Assembly: GCA_035602245.1 (NCBI GenBank)
Contig: DATNMO010000029.1
Span: 3,965 to 67,964, forward strand
Reading direction: 5' to 3'
Source: Gemmatimonadales bacterium
GTDB lineage: Bacteria; Gemmatimonadota; Gemmatimonadetes; Gemmatimonadales; GWC2-71-9
Length of the DNA: 64,000 nt
Part shown: positions 8,151-17,133 of the stretch, piece by piece
How the letters are laid out: every line of letters begins with the position of its first letter
Numbering within the stretch: the stretch's first letter is position 1
Program-made: the position numbers and the translations under genes
The notes under the pieces: model-generated
Databases searched by the model: none
The model's input: only the letters and a program-made list of their open reading frames with translations
What the model was told of the DNA's origin: nothing

Positions 8151-9256
8151 TGCCCCGCGTGCTCGTGCATGTGCGCGAGTGGGGGACCTATGCCGAGGAA
8201 GTGCCGCAGGTCCTGCTGATACAGTGAGTCACTGGGGTCGGCGCTCGGCCATACAGCGCCGCGATCGGGAATGAACAGCCCCGCCACCACCCCCATCCCG
8301 CCGGCGGACACGACCTGTCCGGTAGGATTGTCATACACGACGCGCACACGATAGCGATGAGCGGGCGTAATGTGCGCGCCTCTCCGCGTGAGACCGTACA
8401 GCTTCCCGATAGGCACCGCCCCCTGTTTGCCGGTCGCACTGGACGCGGGCTCCCCATGCCACATCAGCTCCCCGGTCGTCGCATCCCACAACTCGATCGT
8501 CTGCCCGTATTCGTGCAGGTGCCCGCCGATGACGACGAGATCCCCTGGTACCGCCGGACTCCCCTCGTACGAGCGCTCACTGCGCCCCGGCGGCAAGTCG
8601 AATGACTTGTCGCCCACGGGGAAGGCGACGTCGAGCTGCCACCCAGATCCGGCAAACAGCGGCCAGGGACGGCCCTCGGGGATGTAATTCACAACCATGC
8701 GCACCCGCACGCCGCGATAGGCTTCACCCGTTGGATTGTGCAGCATCGCGTTGGCGAGGATGCGTTCCCCTTGCCTGAAGCGCGAGCCCACGAGGAGCCA
8801 GGGAAGCCGGACCACGCCCGTCTCCTGACCGGTCGCGAGCACACGCCGGGCAATCGGCAGGAACAGCTCGCGCTCGGACGGCTCCATCACATTGAAGTGA
8901 TGGATCGCGGCCGCGGGGAGCTGGCGCCCGGTCTCATCCACGGCTTCGGTACGAAATCCGAAGATGGCACCGGTGACCGGAAACTCCCCCACCGAGGCGG
9001 GGCGCTCCACACCGTGGTGGCCGGCCGCGCCCGCCGGCAAATCCACGGGCGGCAGCTCGATCGTGAGCTCGCCGCGGCCGGGATCCGCAGTGATCACGGC
9101 GGCCGGTAAGGCGCTCCAGTCCATGGTCGGCGGCGGCTTGTGCGTGAGCGTCGCAGCGGGAGCGGCGCTCCTCCACGCGGCGTAGCCGAGCCCGGCGACG
9201 AGGAGCGCGGCCAGCGCGACTGTGGATCGGCGAGCGATCAGTCTGAGGGTCGTCAC
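8147..9256 (-). CDS. Secreted or anchored hypothetical protein with PHM/DBH-like copper monooxygenase ligand pattern and a His-rich tail
   Basis: An N-terminal hydrophobic anchor is present. The pattern is HH (119-120), H173, HLH (246-248) and M321. The C-terminus is HMHEHAGH. Confidence 0.6.
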   Translation of the reverse strand: MTTLRLIARRSTVALAALLVAGLGYAAWRSAAPAATLTHKPPPTMDWSALPAAVITADPGRGELTIELPPVDLPAGAAGHHGVERPASVGEFPVTGAIFGFRTEAVDETGRQLPAAAIHHFNVMEPSERELFLPIARRVLATGQETGVVRLPWLLVGSRFRQGERILANAMLHNPTGEAYRGVRVRMVVNYIPEGRPWPLFAGSGWQLDVAFPVGDKSFDLPPGRSERSYEGSPAVPGDLVVIGGHLHEYGQTIELWDATTGELMWHGEPASSATGKQGAVPIGKLYGLTRRGAHITPAHRYRVRVVYDNPTGQVVSAGGMGVVAGLFIPDRGAVWPSADPSDSLYQQDLRHFLGIGPPLAHMHEHAGH

Positions 9257-9316
9257 GACTTCAGCGGGCTCCGGTGTGGAGTTCAGAGAAACCTGGTATG
9301 CGGCACTAGCTTCGCC

Positions 9317-11230
9317 TCAGGACCCCATGTTGCGCAAGCGGTGCCGCTGACCGGGGGTGACGAGGTCCCGTTCCACCGTGTCACGAACGACGCGCGCCAG
9401 GAAGGCATACCCACGGGGCTCCGCAACTAGCCAGCGCGCCCACTCGAGTTCGTCGAGCGCGGCCGCCAACTCTTCCTCCCCGAGACCGGTCGCGCGGCCG
9501 AGCCGGGCCGGGGTCACCCGCTCACCCAGCGCCGCGGCCGCCGCCAGGACCTGTTGTGCCGCGAGCGGGAGCCTGCGAAATCCTACACGAATCGCGCCCA
9601 CGACCGCCTCGGGCAAGTCCCCGGGGAGCGTCTCATCGAGCGTGTGCAGTGGCCGCGGCCACGCCGCCCGTGTTCGGTCGAGGTCGAGACCGAGCGCGAC
9701 GGCATGGAGCAGCTCGACGGCGAGCAGCGGCAGCCCCGCGGAGTCGGTGGCGATGCGGCGCGTGACCCGGTCCAATTCGTCCTCGCCGTAGCGCGGCAGA
9801 GCCCAGCGCGCCAGCTCGCGCAAGGCCTCCGGGGACAGCGGGGCCAGGCGCAGCACCACCCCGGGCACGTCACGGCCGATGCGCGACTGGAGATCATCGA
9901 GCTCCGCGCGCTCCGGGTGGAAGGCGCGCGTGAGCAAGAGGCACAGCGGCGCGGTGGCGAGGTCCCGCGCGGCGGCGACGAGGGCGAGCAGTGACTCGCG
10001 ATCGAGCCAGTGCGCGTCGTCCACCAGGAGCAGGACTGGCTGCTCCGCGGTGACGGCGCCGAGCACGTCCCGCAGCGCGCGACCGGGAGGGATCATGTCC
10101 GCTACGACGTCACGCACGGCCGATCCGAAACGCTCGGCCCATTCGGGAACGCGCGCCGCGAACGCGGCGAGCGCTGGTGCGGGAGCAGCCGCGACTCCCG
10201 GGACGTCGAGCAATCCACCCCGCGCCAATGCGAACACCCCGCTCCACGGCTCCCCTGCGTCCGCCTCGACCGCGCGCACGACAGCGCTGGCGGCGCCGTC
10301 CAGCTGTGCCCGCGCCCGCGCCTCCTCCGCGAGACGACTCTTTCCCGTTCCCGCATCACCCGAAACGAGCGCCACCGTCCCGCGCCGGTCCCGCCGACAG
10401 TCGCCCCAGACGCTCGCCAGCCGCTGGAGCTCGGCCTCCCGCCCTACGAGCGGCGCGCGCCGCGACTCGGCGCCTCTGGGCGAAGGGTCGTCGGGCCGGC
10501 GGCGGAACTGTCCCCCTCCCCGCTCGCGCCCAATCCGGTCCGCGAGCGTCTTCGTCTCGGCGTCGGGAGTACTTCCCACGTCTGCCGTGAGCCGCGCGAC
10601 AAACGCCTCGTAGGCGGCCGATGCGGCCGCGCGGTCGCCCGCCAGCGCAAGCGCACGCATGGTCGTGCGGATGACGACATCGGCGTGGGGGTCGAGCGCG
10701 AGCGCGCGGCGCGCCAGTCCCACCGCTTCCGTGGCCTGCCCGCGGGCGAGCTGCACTTCGGCCTGCCGCGTCAGCGCGTCCACCGCTCGCGCGCGCCACA
10801 GCGTCCGTTCAGCCGCCAGCCAGTGCTCGAAATCGGAGACGCCCGGTACGGTGAAGCCTTCGAGGAACTCTCCGGCGATCAGCTCGCACGCTCCTGGCCA
10901 GTCGCCCGCCGCCGTCAGCTGCTCGAAGCGCTCGGTGTCCAGCTCGACGCTGGTCGCCGCCAGGCGAATCTGATCGGCGCGGGTCTCGATCCCGGCCTTG
11001 CCCGTCGCGCGCCGCAGCACCCCCAACGCCACGTTCAACGAATGGCGCGCCTTCGATTCGGGCTTGTCCGGCCAGAAGAGACCTATGAGGTGATCGCGGG
11101 CGCGGGCGCCTTTCGGGGAACGCGCGAGATAAAGGAGAAGCGCAAGGTTTTTGCGCCACAAGAGCCTCGCCGGCGCCGCGTCGCCGTCCACGCTGACCTC
11201 CACGGTACCGAGGGTGCGGCAGCGGATCAC
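9317..11230 (-). CDS. SARP/BTAD-domain transcriptional regulator fused to an AAA/STAND-type ATPase
   Basis: The GTG at 11230 overlaps the kinase stop (GTGA). The BTAD region reads LLWRKNLALLLYLAR...FEHWLAAERTLWRARAVDAL. The Walker A is SGDAGTGKSRLAEE, followed by a helical C-terminal region. Confidence 0.8.
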   Translation of the reverse strand: MIRCRTLGTVEVSVDGDAAPARLLWRKNLALLLYLARSPKGARARDHLIGLFWPDKPESKARHSLNVALGVLRRATGKAGIETRADQIRLAATSVELDTERFEQLTAAGDWPGACELIAGEFLEGFTVPGVSDFEHWLAAERTLWRARAVDALTRQAEVQLARGQATEAVGLARRALALDPHADVVIRTTMRALALAGDRAAASAAYEAFVARLTADVGSTPDAETKTLADRIGRERGGGQFRRRPDDPSPRGAESRRAPLVGREAELQRLASVWGDCRRDRRGTVALVSGDAGTGKSRLAEEARARAQLDGAASAVVRAVEADAGEPWSGVFALARGGLLDVPGVAAAPAPALAAFAARVPEWAERFGSAVRDVVADMIPPGRALRDVLGAVTAEQPVLLLVDDAHWLDRESLLALVAAARDLATAPLCLLLTRAFHPERAELDDLQSRIGRDVPGVVLRLAPLSPEALRELARWALPRYGEDELDRVTRRIATDSAGLPLLAVELLHAVALGLDLDRTRAAWPRPLHTLDETLPGDLPEAVVGAIRVGFRRLPLAAQQVLAAAAALGERVTPARLGRATGLGEEELAAALDELEWARWLVAEPRGYAFLARVVRDTVERDLVTPGQRHRLRNMGS

Positions 11231-14028
11231 CGCGCGCAGCTCCCTTCCCCGCGCAGCCGCCGCGCCTCCGCAACGAGGGGTTCGTACGACCGCTCTGCAT
11301 GCACCCACAGTTCGAGGATGCGTCCGAGGTATTCGCAGCTGCCCCGCGCATTGCCGGCCCGTTGCGCCAGCGTGCCCCGGCGCCACCGGCTCCACGCGCC
11401 CAGCGCCCAGTCGATCTCCACCGCCTGGAGGGTGTCGCTGAGCCATCCGGCGAAGTCCGAGTTCTCATACCACAACCACGAGCGGTTAGCGGAGTCGGCG
11501 CGACTCCGTCCCTCGAGCCAGTCGGCGCGTCGGACATGCAGCACGGCGCGCGCAAAGGGGTCGCCGAGGTGCCGCCACTCGTCGAAGCGGAGGAGTGGCG
11601 CGGTTCGGGCGAGGGCCGCCTCCACGTCGCCCCGCGCGGCGAGCTCCAGGCCCGCAAGCAGCTCATCGAGCCGTTCCCACGCCGAATCGCCGGCCGCGAT
11701 GCCACGGAGGCGACTGCGCCACCGGCGTCCGGCGGACGAATCGCCGCGCGCGTACGCGTCCACGGCGCTCGCCCACGCCGCGCGTGCGGCGACGGGGCCG
11801 CGCCTACGAGCGGCAGCTGCCAGGCCCCTCCGGCCGCGGTCCACTTCCACGGGCGGAGTTCCCGGCACGCCGAGCGCGGCCGCCAGCACCCGCCACTCCA
11901 ACGCCTCAAGCTGCCCAGCAGGTGTCCCGACGAGCGTGGCGGTGGAGTCGAAGTGCGCCACTGCCGCGGCCGGGCGGCCAAGCTCCACGAGCGCCAAGGC
12001 CTGTGCTTCGTGTCCCGCAGCGCCGGACAATTTCCTGCCCAACGCGAGCTGGAGCTCGGGAACGTCGAATCCCAGCCCGAAGCGCGCCGTGCGCGCCACA
12101 TCGCGTTCAACGTCGCTCGGCATAGGCGGCAGGCTCTCCGGCGTGAATCGCGCTGCGTACGCGACTTCGAGACTCGCGGCGATGCTGAGATCGGGTTCGT
12201 CGCCCCCCAGACCCGATCCCCGCGCCTGTTTCAACCGGTCGAGCGCGCGCCGCGCGTCGTCCCGACGGCCCAGCCGGATCAGCGCCCACACGAGTTGATC
12301 GTGCGCAGGAGCGAGAGATGGATCCTGCGCGACAGCCTGTTCGAGCACTGCGGCGCCGCTGTCGAGCGGGATGCCGGCCAGCGGACCCCGGTGCATCAAT
12401 TCCGCTCCATACAAGAGCCGCGCGTACGGCTCCCTGGGATACAGTGCAAGCGCCTGTTGGTAGATCCGGTAGCGAGGTTCTCCGTGTGGAGCGAGCTCGG
12501 CCGCGATCAGCAGAGAATCCAGAGGATTGAGATAGCGGCTCTGGCGCGCCAAGACGTCGCGCAAGTCCACGCCCGGCGGCATGCGGCGCCACCGCTGCGC
12601 GTTGGCAAGCCGCCACGCCGCTCGCGCAAAGCTCGGATCGAGCTGCAGCGCCTGACGAAAGTGCCGCGCCGCCTCACTCCAGGCATCACGCCGGAAGGCA
12701 TCCTCGCCCTGGAGGAATTCGGCGAGGGCCGCCGCATTGAGGCCCCAGGTCGGCCGCGGCCCGTACTTTGCCAGCAACTCCGGATGAAACCAGCGCAACA
12801 GCTGCATGACGATTCTGTCCGCCAACTCCACCTCGGTGCCCGCCGGGCCGGCCACGGAGGCGCTGTACAGCCGTCGATCCAACGAGTCGCGCACCTCGAG
12901 GCGCACGAACAGCGAGTCGTTGCGCTCCGCGACCGACCCACCGACGCGAGCGGCGACGCGAACCGGCACCGCGACTTTGGCCCCGGCGTGTGCCTCGCGT
13001 TGCTTGAACGCCACGTTCCTGGGCACGAGGGCGATTTGCGGGAACAGCGCGAGTTTGTCGGACACGATCCAGGCGAGCTCGTTGCCGACGCGCGGCGGCG
13101 TCACACCCTCGACGTCGAATGGCACCACCATGAGCTCGCGGAACGAGCTCGTCGGTGTGCAGAAGCCGAGCCGCTCGCAAAACACGAAGACTCCCACGAC
13201 GACCGCGACAAAGGCCAAGACGAGCACGGCGGGCCACACGAGCGGCTGCGGACGAGGAGCCCACAAGGCACGCTGGAACGCAGCCGCGTCCGCGAAGCGG
13301 TCTCCGGGATACCACGCCAGGGCTTTGCGCAGGGCGCGGCGGAGGGGGCGCGGAATGCCGGACCAATCCGCCGCTTCGGGACGACTCAAGATCGACCAGT
13401 GCCGCCCGGTGATCGCCTCGTACACCACCATCGCGACGGCGTACAGATCCGTGCGCGCGGTGACCTCGCCGCCCGCCGCCTGCTCCGGCGGCATGTATTC
13501 GAGCGTGCCCGGCGTCTGACCGGGCGTGGTGAGCGGCGGCGCTCCCGCGGATTTCGCGATCCCGAAGTCGGTGAGGATCGCCCGCTCTAGCTCGAGAATG
13601 ATGTTGTCCGGCTTGACGTCGCGATGCACGATGCCGTGGGCGTGCGCGGCCTCGAGCGCCGACAGAATGTCGCGGGCGACTTGCACCGCTTGACGGACCG
13701 ACAAGGGGCCGCGGCTCAACCTGTCGGCGAGCGTCTCACCTTCGAGATGCGCCATCACATAGAAGGAAATGCCCTGCCGGTCGTCGACGTAGTGAATGGG
13801 GACGATGCTCGGGTGCTTAAGCTTGGCGAGGAGCTGCGCTTCGCGCACAAACCGCTCGGTTGCCTGCGCGCTCGCGAGTTCAGGCCGGAGGACCTTGATG
13901 GCGACGAGCCGATCGAGACGCGTATCCCGGCCCAGAAAGACCATTCCCATCCCGCCACTGCCGAGCTCGCGCTCGACCTCGTACTCGGGCGCCAAGGCGG
14001 CGCGGAGCCGCTCGAGGAAGGTGCTCAT
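11227..14028 (-). CDS. Membrane Ser/Thr protein kinase with large TPR-like extracytoplasmic/C-terminal region
   Basis: The kinase signatures are ELGSGGMGMVFLGRD, VAIKVL, HRDVKPDNI, DFGIAK and YMPPE. One TM segment (WPAVLVLAFVAVVVGVFVF) is followed by helical repeats. Confidence 0.9.
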   Translation of the reverse strand: MSTFLERLRAALAPEYEVERELGSGGMGMVFLGRDTRLDRLVAIKVLRPELASAQATERFVREAQLLAKLKHPSIVPIHYVDDRQGISFYVMAHLEGETLADRLSRGPLSVRQAVQVARDILSALEAAHAHGIVHRDVKPDNIILELERAILTDFGIAKSAGAPPLTTPGQTPGTLEYMPPEQAAGGEVTARTDLYAVAMVVYEAITGRHWSILSRPEAADWSGIPRPLRRALRKALAWYPGDRFADAAAFQRALWAPRPQPLVWPAVLVLAFVAVVVGVFVFCERLGFCTPTSSFRELMVVPFDVEGVTPPRVGNELAWIVSDKLALFPQIALVPRNVAFKQREAHAGAKVAVPVRVAARVGGSVAERNDSLFVRLEVRDSLDRRLYSASVAGPAGTEVELADRIVMQLLRWFHPELLAKYGPRPTWGLNAAALAEFLQGEDAFRRDAWSEAARHFRQALQLDPSFARAAWRLANAQRWRRMPPGVDLRDVLARQSRYLNPLDSLLIAAELAPHGEPRYRIYQQALALYPREPYARLLYGAELMHRGPLAGIPLDSGAAVLEQAVAQDPSLAPAHDQLVWALIRLGRRDDARRALDRLKQARGSGLGGDEPDLSIAASLEVAYAARFTPESLPPMPSDVERDVARTARFGLGFDVPELQLALGRKLSGAAGHEAQALALVELGRPAAAVAHFDSTATLVGTPAGQLEALEWRVLAAALGVPGTPPVEVDRGRRGLAAAARRRGPVAARAAWASAVDAYARGDSSAGRRWRSRLRGIAAGDSAWERLDELLAGLELAARGDVEAALARTAPLLRFDEWRHLGDPFARAVLHVRRADWLEGRSRADSANRSWLWYENSDFAGWLSDTLQAVEIDWALGAWSRWRRGTLAQRAGNARGSCEYLGRILELWVHAERSYEPLVAEARRLRGEGSCAR

Positions 14029-14083
14029 GGACCGCGGGCGAATGTAACCGTTCGTCGCGACGCCCGCCGGACCTCTCGCCGGG

Positions 14084-14127
14084 CCCACAGAAAAACAAAG
14101 CGGCCCCGGGGGCTTCCCCGGGGCCGC
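14084..14127 (-). terminator. Rho-independent terminator downstream of the cupredoxin gene
   Basis: A perfect 12-bp GC stem (GCGGCCCCGGGG, loop GCTT, CCCCGGGGCCGC; 14100..14127) is followed on the minus strand by CTTTGTTTTTCTGT. Confidence 0.75.
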
Positions 14128-14141
14128 GCGTTCACAACTGC

Positions 14142-14603
14142 CTACTGTACCTTGATCGTGATCCTCATCCCGAGCGCCAGGTGCGGCGTGCAGTACCCTT
14201 TGTAGGTCCCCTTCGGCGCATTGGCGAACGACACGTCATAGGTGTCGTTAGGCTGCGTCAGGAACGCGCCCGACAGATTGTCGACTGTGTTCTTCATGCC
14301 GGCGTTGAGCGCTGCCGCTCCGCCCGCCGGGATGGAATCCGGCCAGAACGCGATGTTGTGCGGACCGCCCGACACGTTGATGAAGCGTACCGTCGTACCC
14401 GGCGCGATCGTGAGCGTGTTCGGATCGAAGGCGCCGCGGGTGGTGCCGTTCCCCGTCATCTTGACCTCGACGACCGGACCGGCGGGCGCCGCTGCAGCCG
14501 GTGGTGCGGCCGGAGGCGCCATCTGCGCCTGGTTTTGGTCGGCCTTCTTCCCACAGGCGATCGCGCCGAGCGCGACCACTGTCGTGAGCAAAGCAAAGCG
14601 CAT
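14142..14603 (-). CDS. Plastocyanin/azurin-like type-1 copper lipoprotein (cupredoxin)
   Basis: MRFALLTTVVALGAIACGK is a lipobox signal. The copper ligands are GPHNI ... YCTPHLALGM (H, C, H, M). Confidence 0.85.
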   Translation of the reverse strand: MRFALLTTVVALGAIACGKKADQNQAQMAPPAAPPAAAAPAGPVVEVKMTGNGTTRGAFDPNTLTIAPGTTVRFINVSGGPHNIAFWPDSIPAGGAAALNAGMKNTVDNLSGAFLTQPNDTYDVSFANAPKGTYKGYCTPHLALGMRITIKVQ

Positions 14604-14779
14604 CGCTGGACTCCTCCCGAGACGTTGGCTGGTGTCGCTTGTGAACCGATTCACAATACGCCGCTCAATATAGATGGGGTCCCGCAAAACGGGAGTCCCG
14701 CAAAGCCATTGCGTTTCCGGTCCTTTCTCCAATATTGGGGCCGCCTTTTTCCAGTCTCCCAACAGTTCGGAGGAATCAC

Positions 14780-15895
14780 GTGCGGAGAATGTTCGCAATG
14801 TTCGGCCTGGTGGTTGGTGTGACGACGAGCGCACTGGCGCAACGGGTCTGGCAATCGGAAATCGGCATCCAGGGCGGGTTTGTCCGTGTCAAACCTGCCG
14901 GCACCGGACTGGCCGACCAGATCGATGTGTTCGCCATTCCCGGCGCAAACTACGTTCTCGGCCTGCTCAGCGAGGGCAGCGTGTACGCGATCATCCCATG
15001 GTTCGATAAGCTTGCAATCGAACCCTCGTTCGTGGTGAGCCAATTGCAGGCGAATACCAGTAACACCACTGGCCGGCTGGGGCTGCGCGCCAACTACGCG
15101 ATCACGTCGAAACTGTACGCGTCGGCCGGCGCGGTTCTGCTCTACATCGACGCGACGTCGCAGCACGTGAAACAGCTCGGCCTCCAAGGCGCCGTTGGCT
15201 ATCGCCTGCATCTGGCGGGGAGTCTGAACGGGCGGGTCGAGGCGAACTTCTCGACGACCAAGAAGGTCAAGGATCTCAATCCCTTCATTGGATACGGCGT
15301 CCTGTTCGGCGTCTCCTCGCCCCTGAATGGCGCGGGCGCGGCGGCCCCGCAGCCCACCGCTCCCGAGCGCGCGTGGCATGCCGTGCTCGGCGTGCAAGGA
15401 GGCTATCTGAGCGCGCATACCGTCGGTGGCGGCCAGGACATCGCCGGGTTCGCTGTCCCGGGGCTCGGCGGCTCGCTCAGCGGCATCGGGCCGGCAAACT
15501 TCATCCCGGGCCCGCCGACCATGTTTGTGATTCTTCCGATCAGCAACAAAATCGCCATCGAGACGGGCTTCGATATCGTGCGCGTGCAACAGGCGCAATC
15601 GAGCTCGACCGGCTTCAGCGGCAACTTTTCTGCTCGCGTGAACTATGCCGTCAGGGGTTCGTGGTACGGCGCGGCAGGTGCAAATCTCAACTACCTCAAG
15701 TACACGTCGGGCTCCGGGACGATCACCGGCGCCAACATCGCCTGGGGCTATCGTTTCGGGTTGGGCAGCAACTGGGGAGGGCGCGTGGAGCTCAACTACT
15801 CCCTGTTCGGTAAGAAAGACAATTCCGGTACCGGTCTCAGTGTCGCACCGCAGAACGTCGTTGGATTGTTATTCGGCGCGGCCGTACCGCTCTAG
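14780..15895 (+). CDS. Outer-membrane beta-barrel protein built from two tandem homologous halves
   Basis: GGAGGA lies 4-5 nt before the GTG at 14780. The signal peptide is MFAMFGLVVGVTTSALAQ. Amphipathic strands alternate, and each half ends in an aromatic-containing terminal motif (GVLFGVSSPL / GLLFGAAVPL). Confidence 0.65.
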   Translation: MRRMFAMFGLVVGVTTSALAQRVWQSEIGIQGGFVRVKPAGTGLADQIDVFAIPGANYVLGLLSEGSVYAIIPWFDKLAIEPSFVVSQLQANTSNTTGRLGLRANYAITSKLYASAGAVLLYIDATSQHVKQLGLQGAVGYRLHLAGSLNGRVEANFSTTKKVKDLNPFIGYGVLFGVSSPLNGAGAAAPQPTAPERAWHAVLGVQGGYLSAHTVGGGQDIAGFAVPGLGGSLSGIGPANFIPGPPTMFVILPISNKIAIETGFDIVRVQQAQSSSTGFSGNFSARVNYAVRGSWYGAAGANLNYLKYTSGSGTITGANIAWGYRFGLGSNWGGRVELNYSLFGKKDNSGTGLSVAPQNVVGLLFGAAVPL

Positions 15896-15920
15896 CAGGC
15901 CGCGACGACACTAAGGCCCT

Positions 15921-17072
15921 ATGCCGGACCCCTCCCTCCCACAGATCCCACCGCAAGAGCTTGCCGAGCGGCTCGACCGGGGGGAGTCTGTGCAGGTGCT
16001 GGACGTGCGCGGCGCCGATAGGGTCGCCCAGGGCCGCGTCGCCTTTGGGCGCGAGCTCGAGTTTCACGCGCTGCCGAACTCGACGATCTTCGCGCTTCCA
16101 GACGTCGCCGCGCTGGAGCTCGACCCCGCGCGGCCCGTGGCAGTGATCTGCGGGCACGGCAACTCGAGCAAACAGGCGACGGCCTACCTGCGAGAGCGCG
16201 GGTACGACGCGTACTCGGTGACCGGTGGGATGGCGGCGTGGGAAGCGGTGTACGTCGCCCGGCGGCTGGTGCCAACCCCCTCGCTCGCGCACATCGTGCA
16301 GCTCGACCGCGTAGGGAAGGGCGCGCTCAGCTACGTCCTCGTGAGCGACGGCGACGCCGTAATCGTCGATCCCGGCCGGCACATCGGCCGCTACGACGCC
16401 CTGCTCACGGAGCTGGGCGCCACGCCCGCCGCCGTGGTGGACACCCATCTGCATGCCGATTACCTCAGCGGGGCGCGCGCCGCCGCGGCCCATTGGCAGG
16501 TGCCTTACTTCCTGCATCCCGACGATGCGATCTCCCCGTATGACGGCACACCGGGCCGGCTCGCCTATCAGCCGCTGGCCGACGGCGATACGATCGCCTT
16601 CGGACATGCCACGCTGCGCGCCGCGCACATGCCCGGGCACACGCTCGGCAGCGTGGCGCTCCTCGCCGACGACGGCCTCGTGCTCACCGGTGACTTCCTG
16701 TTCGTGCAATCGGTCGGTCGTCCCGACTTGGCCGGACAGACCGAGTCCTGGGCCAAGCTCCTCTGGCACAGCCTGGAGCGCGCCCGGAGCGCTTGGCCGG
16801 GCGACTTGCTGGTCCTGCCCGCGCACTATGCCAGTGAAGCGGAACGCCGCGCCGATCGCGCGATCGCAGCGCGGTTCGATGTGATCGCCGCCACCAACGC
16901 CGCCGCCGCGATCCAGGACGAGCGGACGTTTCTCCAGTGGATTGCGGACCGCAGCACGGGCTTCCCCGATGCGTATCGCACGATCAAAGAGGCCAATCTT
17001 GGGCTGGCCGATCTCGCCGACAGCGAGGCGGAAACCCTGGAATCCGGGCCTAATCAATGCGCGGTGAGATAG
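15921..17072 (+). CDS. Rhodanese domain fused to an MBL-fold metallo-hydrolase (persulfide dioxygenase-like)
   Basis: The rhodanese loop is AVICGHGNSSK. The MBL motif is THLHADYLSG, with later PGHTLGS and TGDFLF. Confidence 0.8.
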   Translation: MPDPSLPQIPPQELAERLDRGESVQVLDVRGADRVAQGRVAFGRELEFHALPNSTIFALPDVAALELDPARPVAVICGHGNSSKQATAYLRERGYDAYSVTGGMAAWEAVYVARRLVPTPSLAHIVQLDRVGKGALSYVLVSDGDAVIVDPGRHIGRYDALLTELGATPAAVVDTHLHADYLSGARAAAAHWQVPYFLHPDDAISPYDGTPGRLAYQPLADGDTIAFGHATLRAAHMPGHTLGSVALLADDGLVLTGDFLFVQSVGRPDLAGQTESWAKLLWHSLERARSAWPGDLLVLPAHYASEAERRADRAIAARFDVIAATNAAAAIQDERTFLQWIADRSTGFPDAYRTIKEANLGLADLADSEAETLESGPNQCAVR

Positions 17073-17133
17073 CCTAAAGCGGCGGTGTGCAACTTCCGGG
17101 GGGATGCCCGTCTCTCATGGCGTCTCCAACCGG

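Noticed and set aside
10010-13590. Very long plus-strand ORFs (10010..12298, 762 aa; 11299..13590, 763 aa) opposite the kinase and SARP-ATPase genes
   Set aside because: Their translations are Arg/Ala/Pro/Gly-rich low-complexity strings with no motifs. The opposite strand encodes clear kinase and BTAD/Walker motifs. This is the typical antisense open-frame artefact of high-GC DNA. The same reasoning applies to 478..1452, 3777..5069, 6238..7254, 15837..17057, 17974..19242, 24521..25879, 38076..39368, 40929..42011, 49853..51112, 54620..55957 and 57871..59403.
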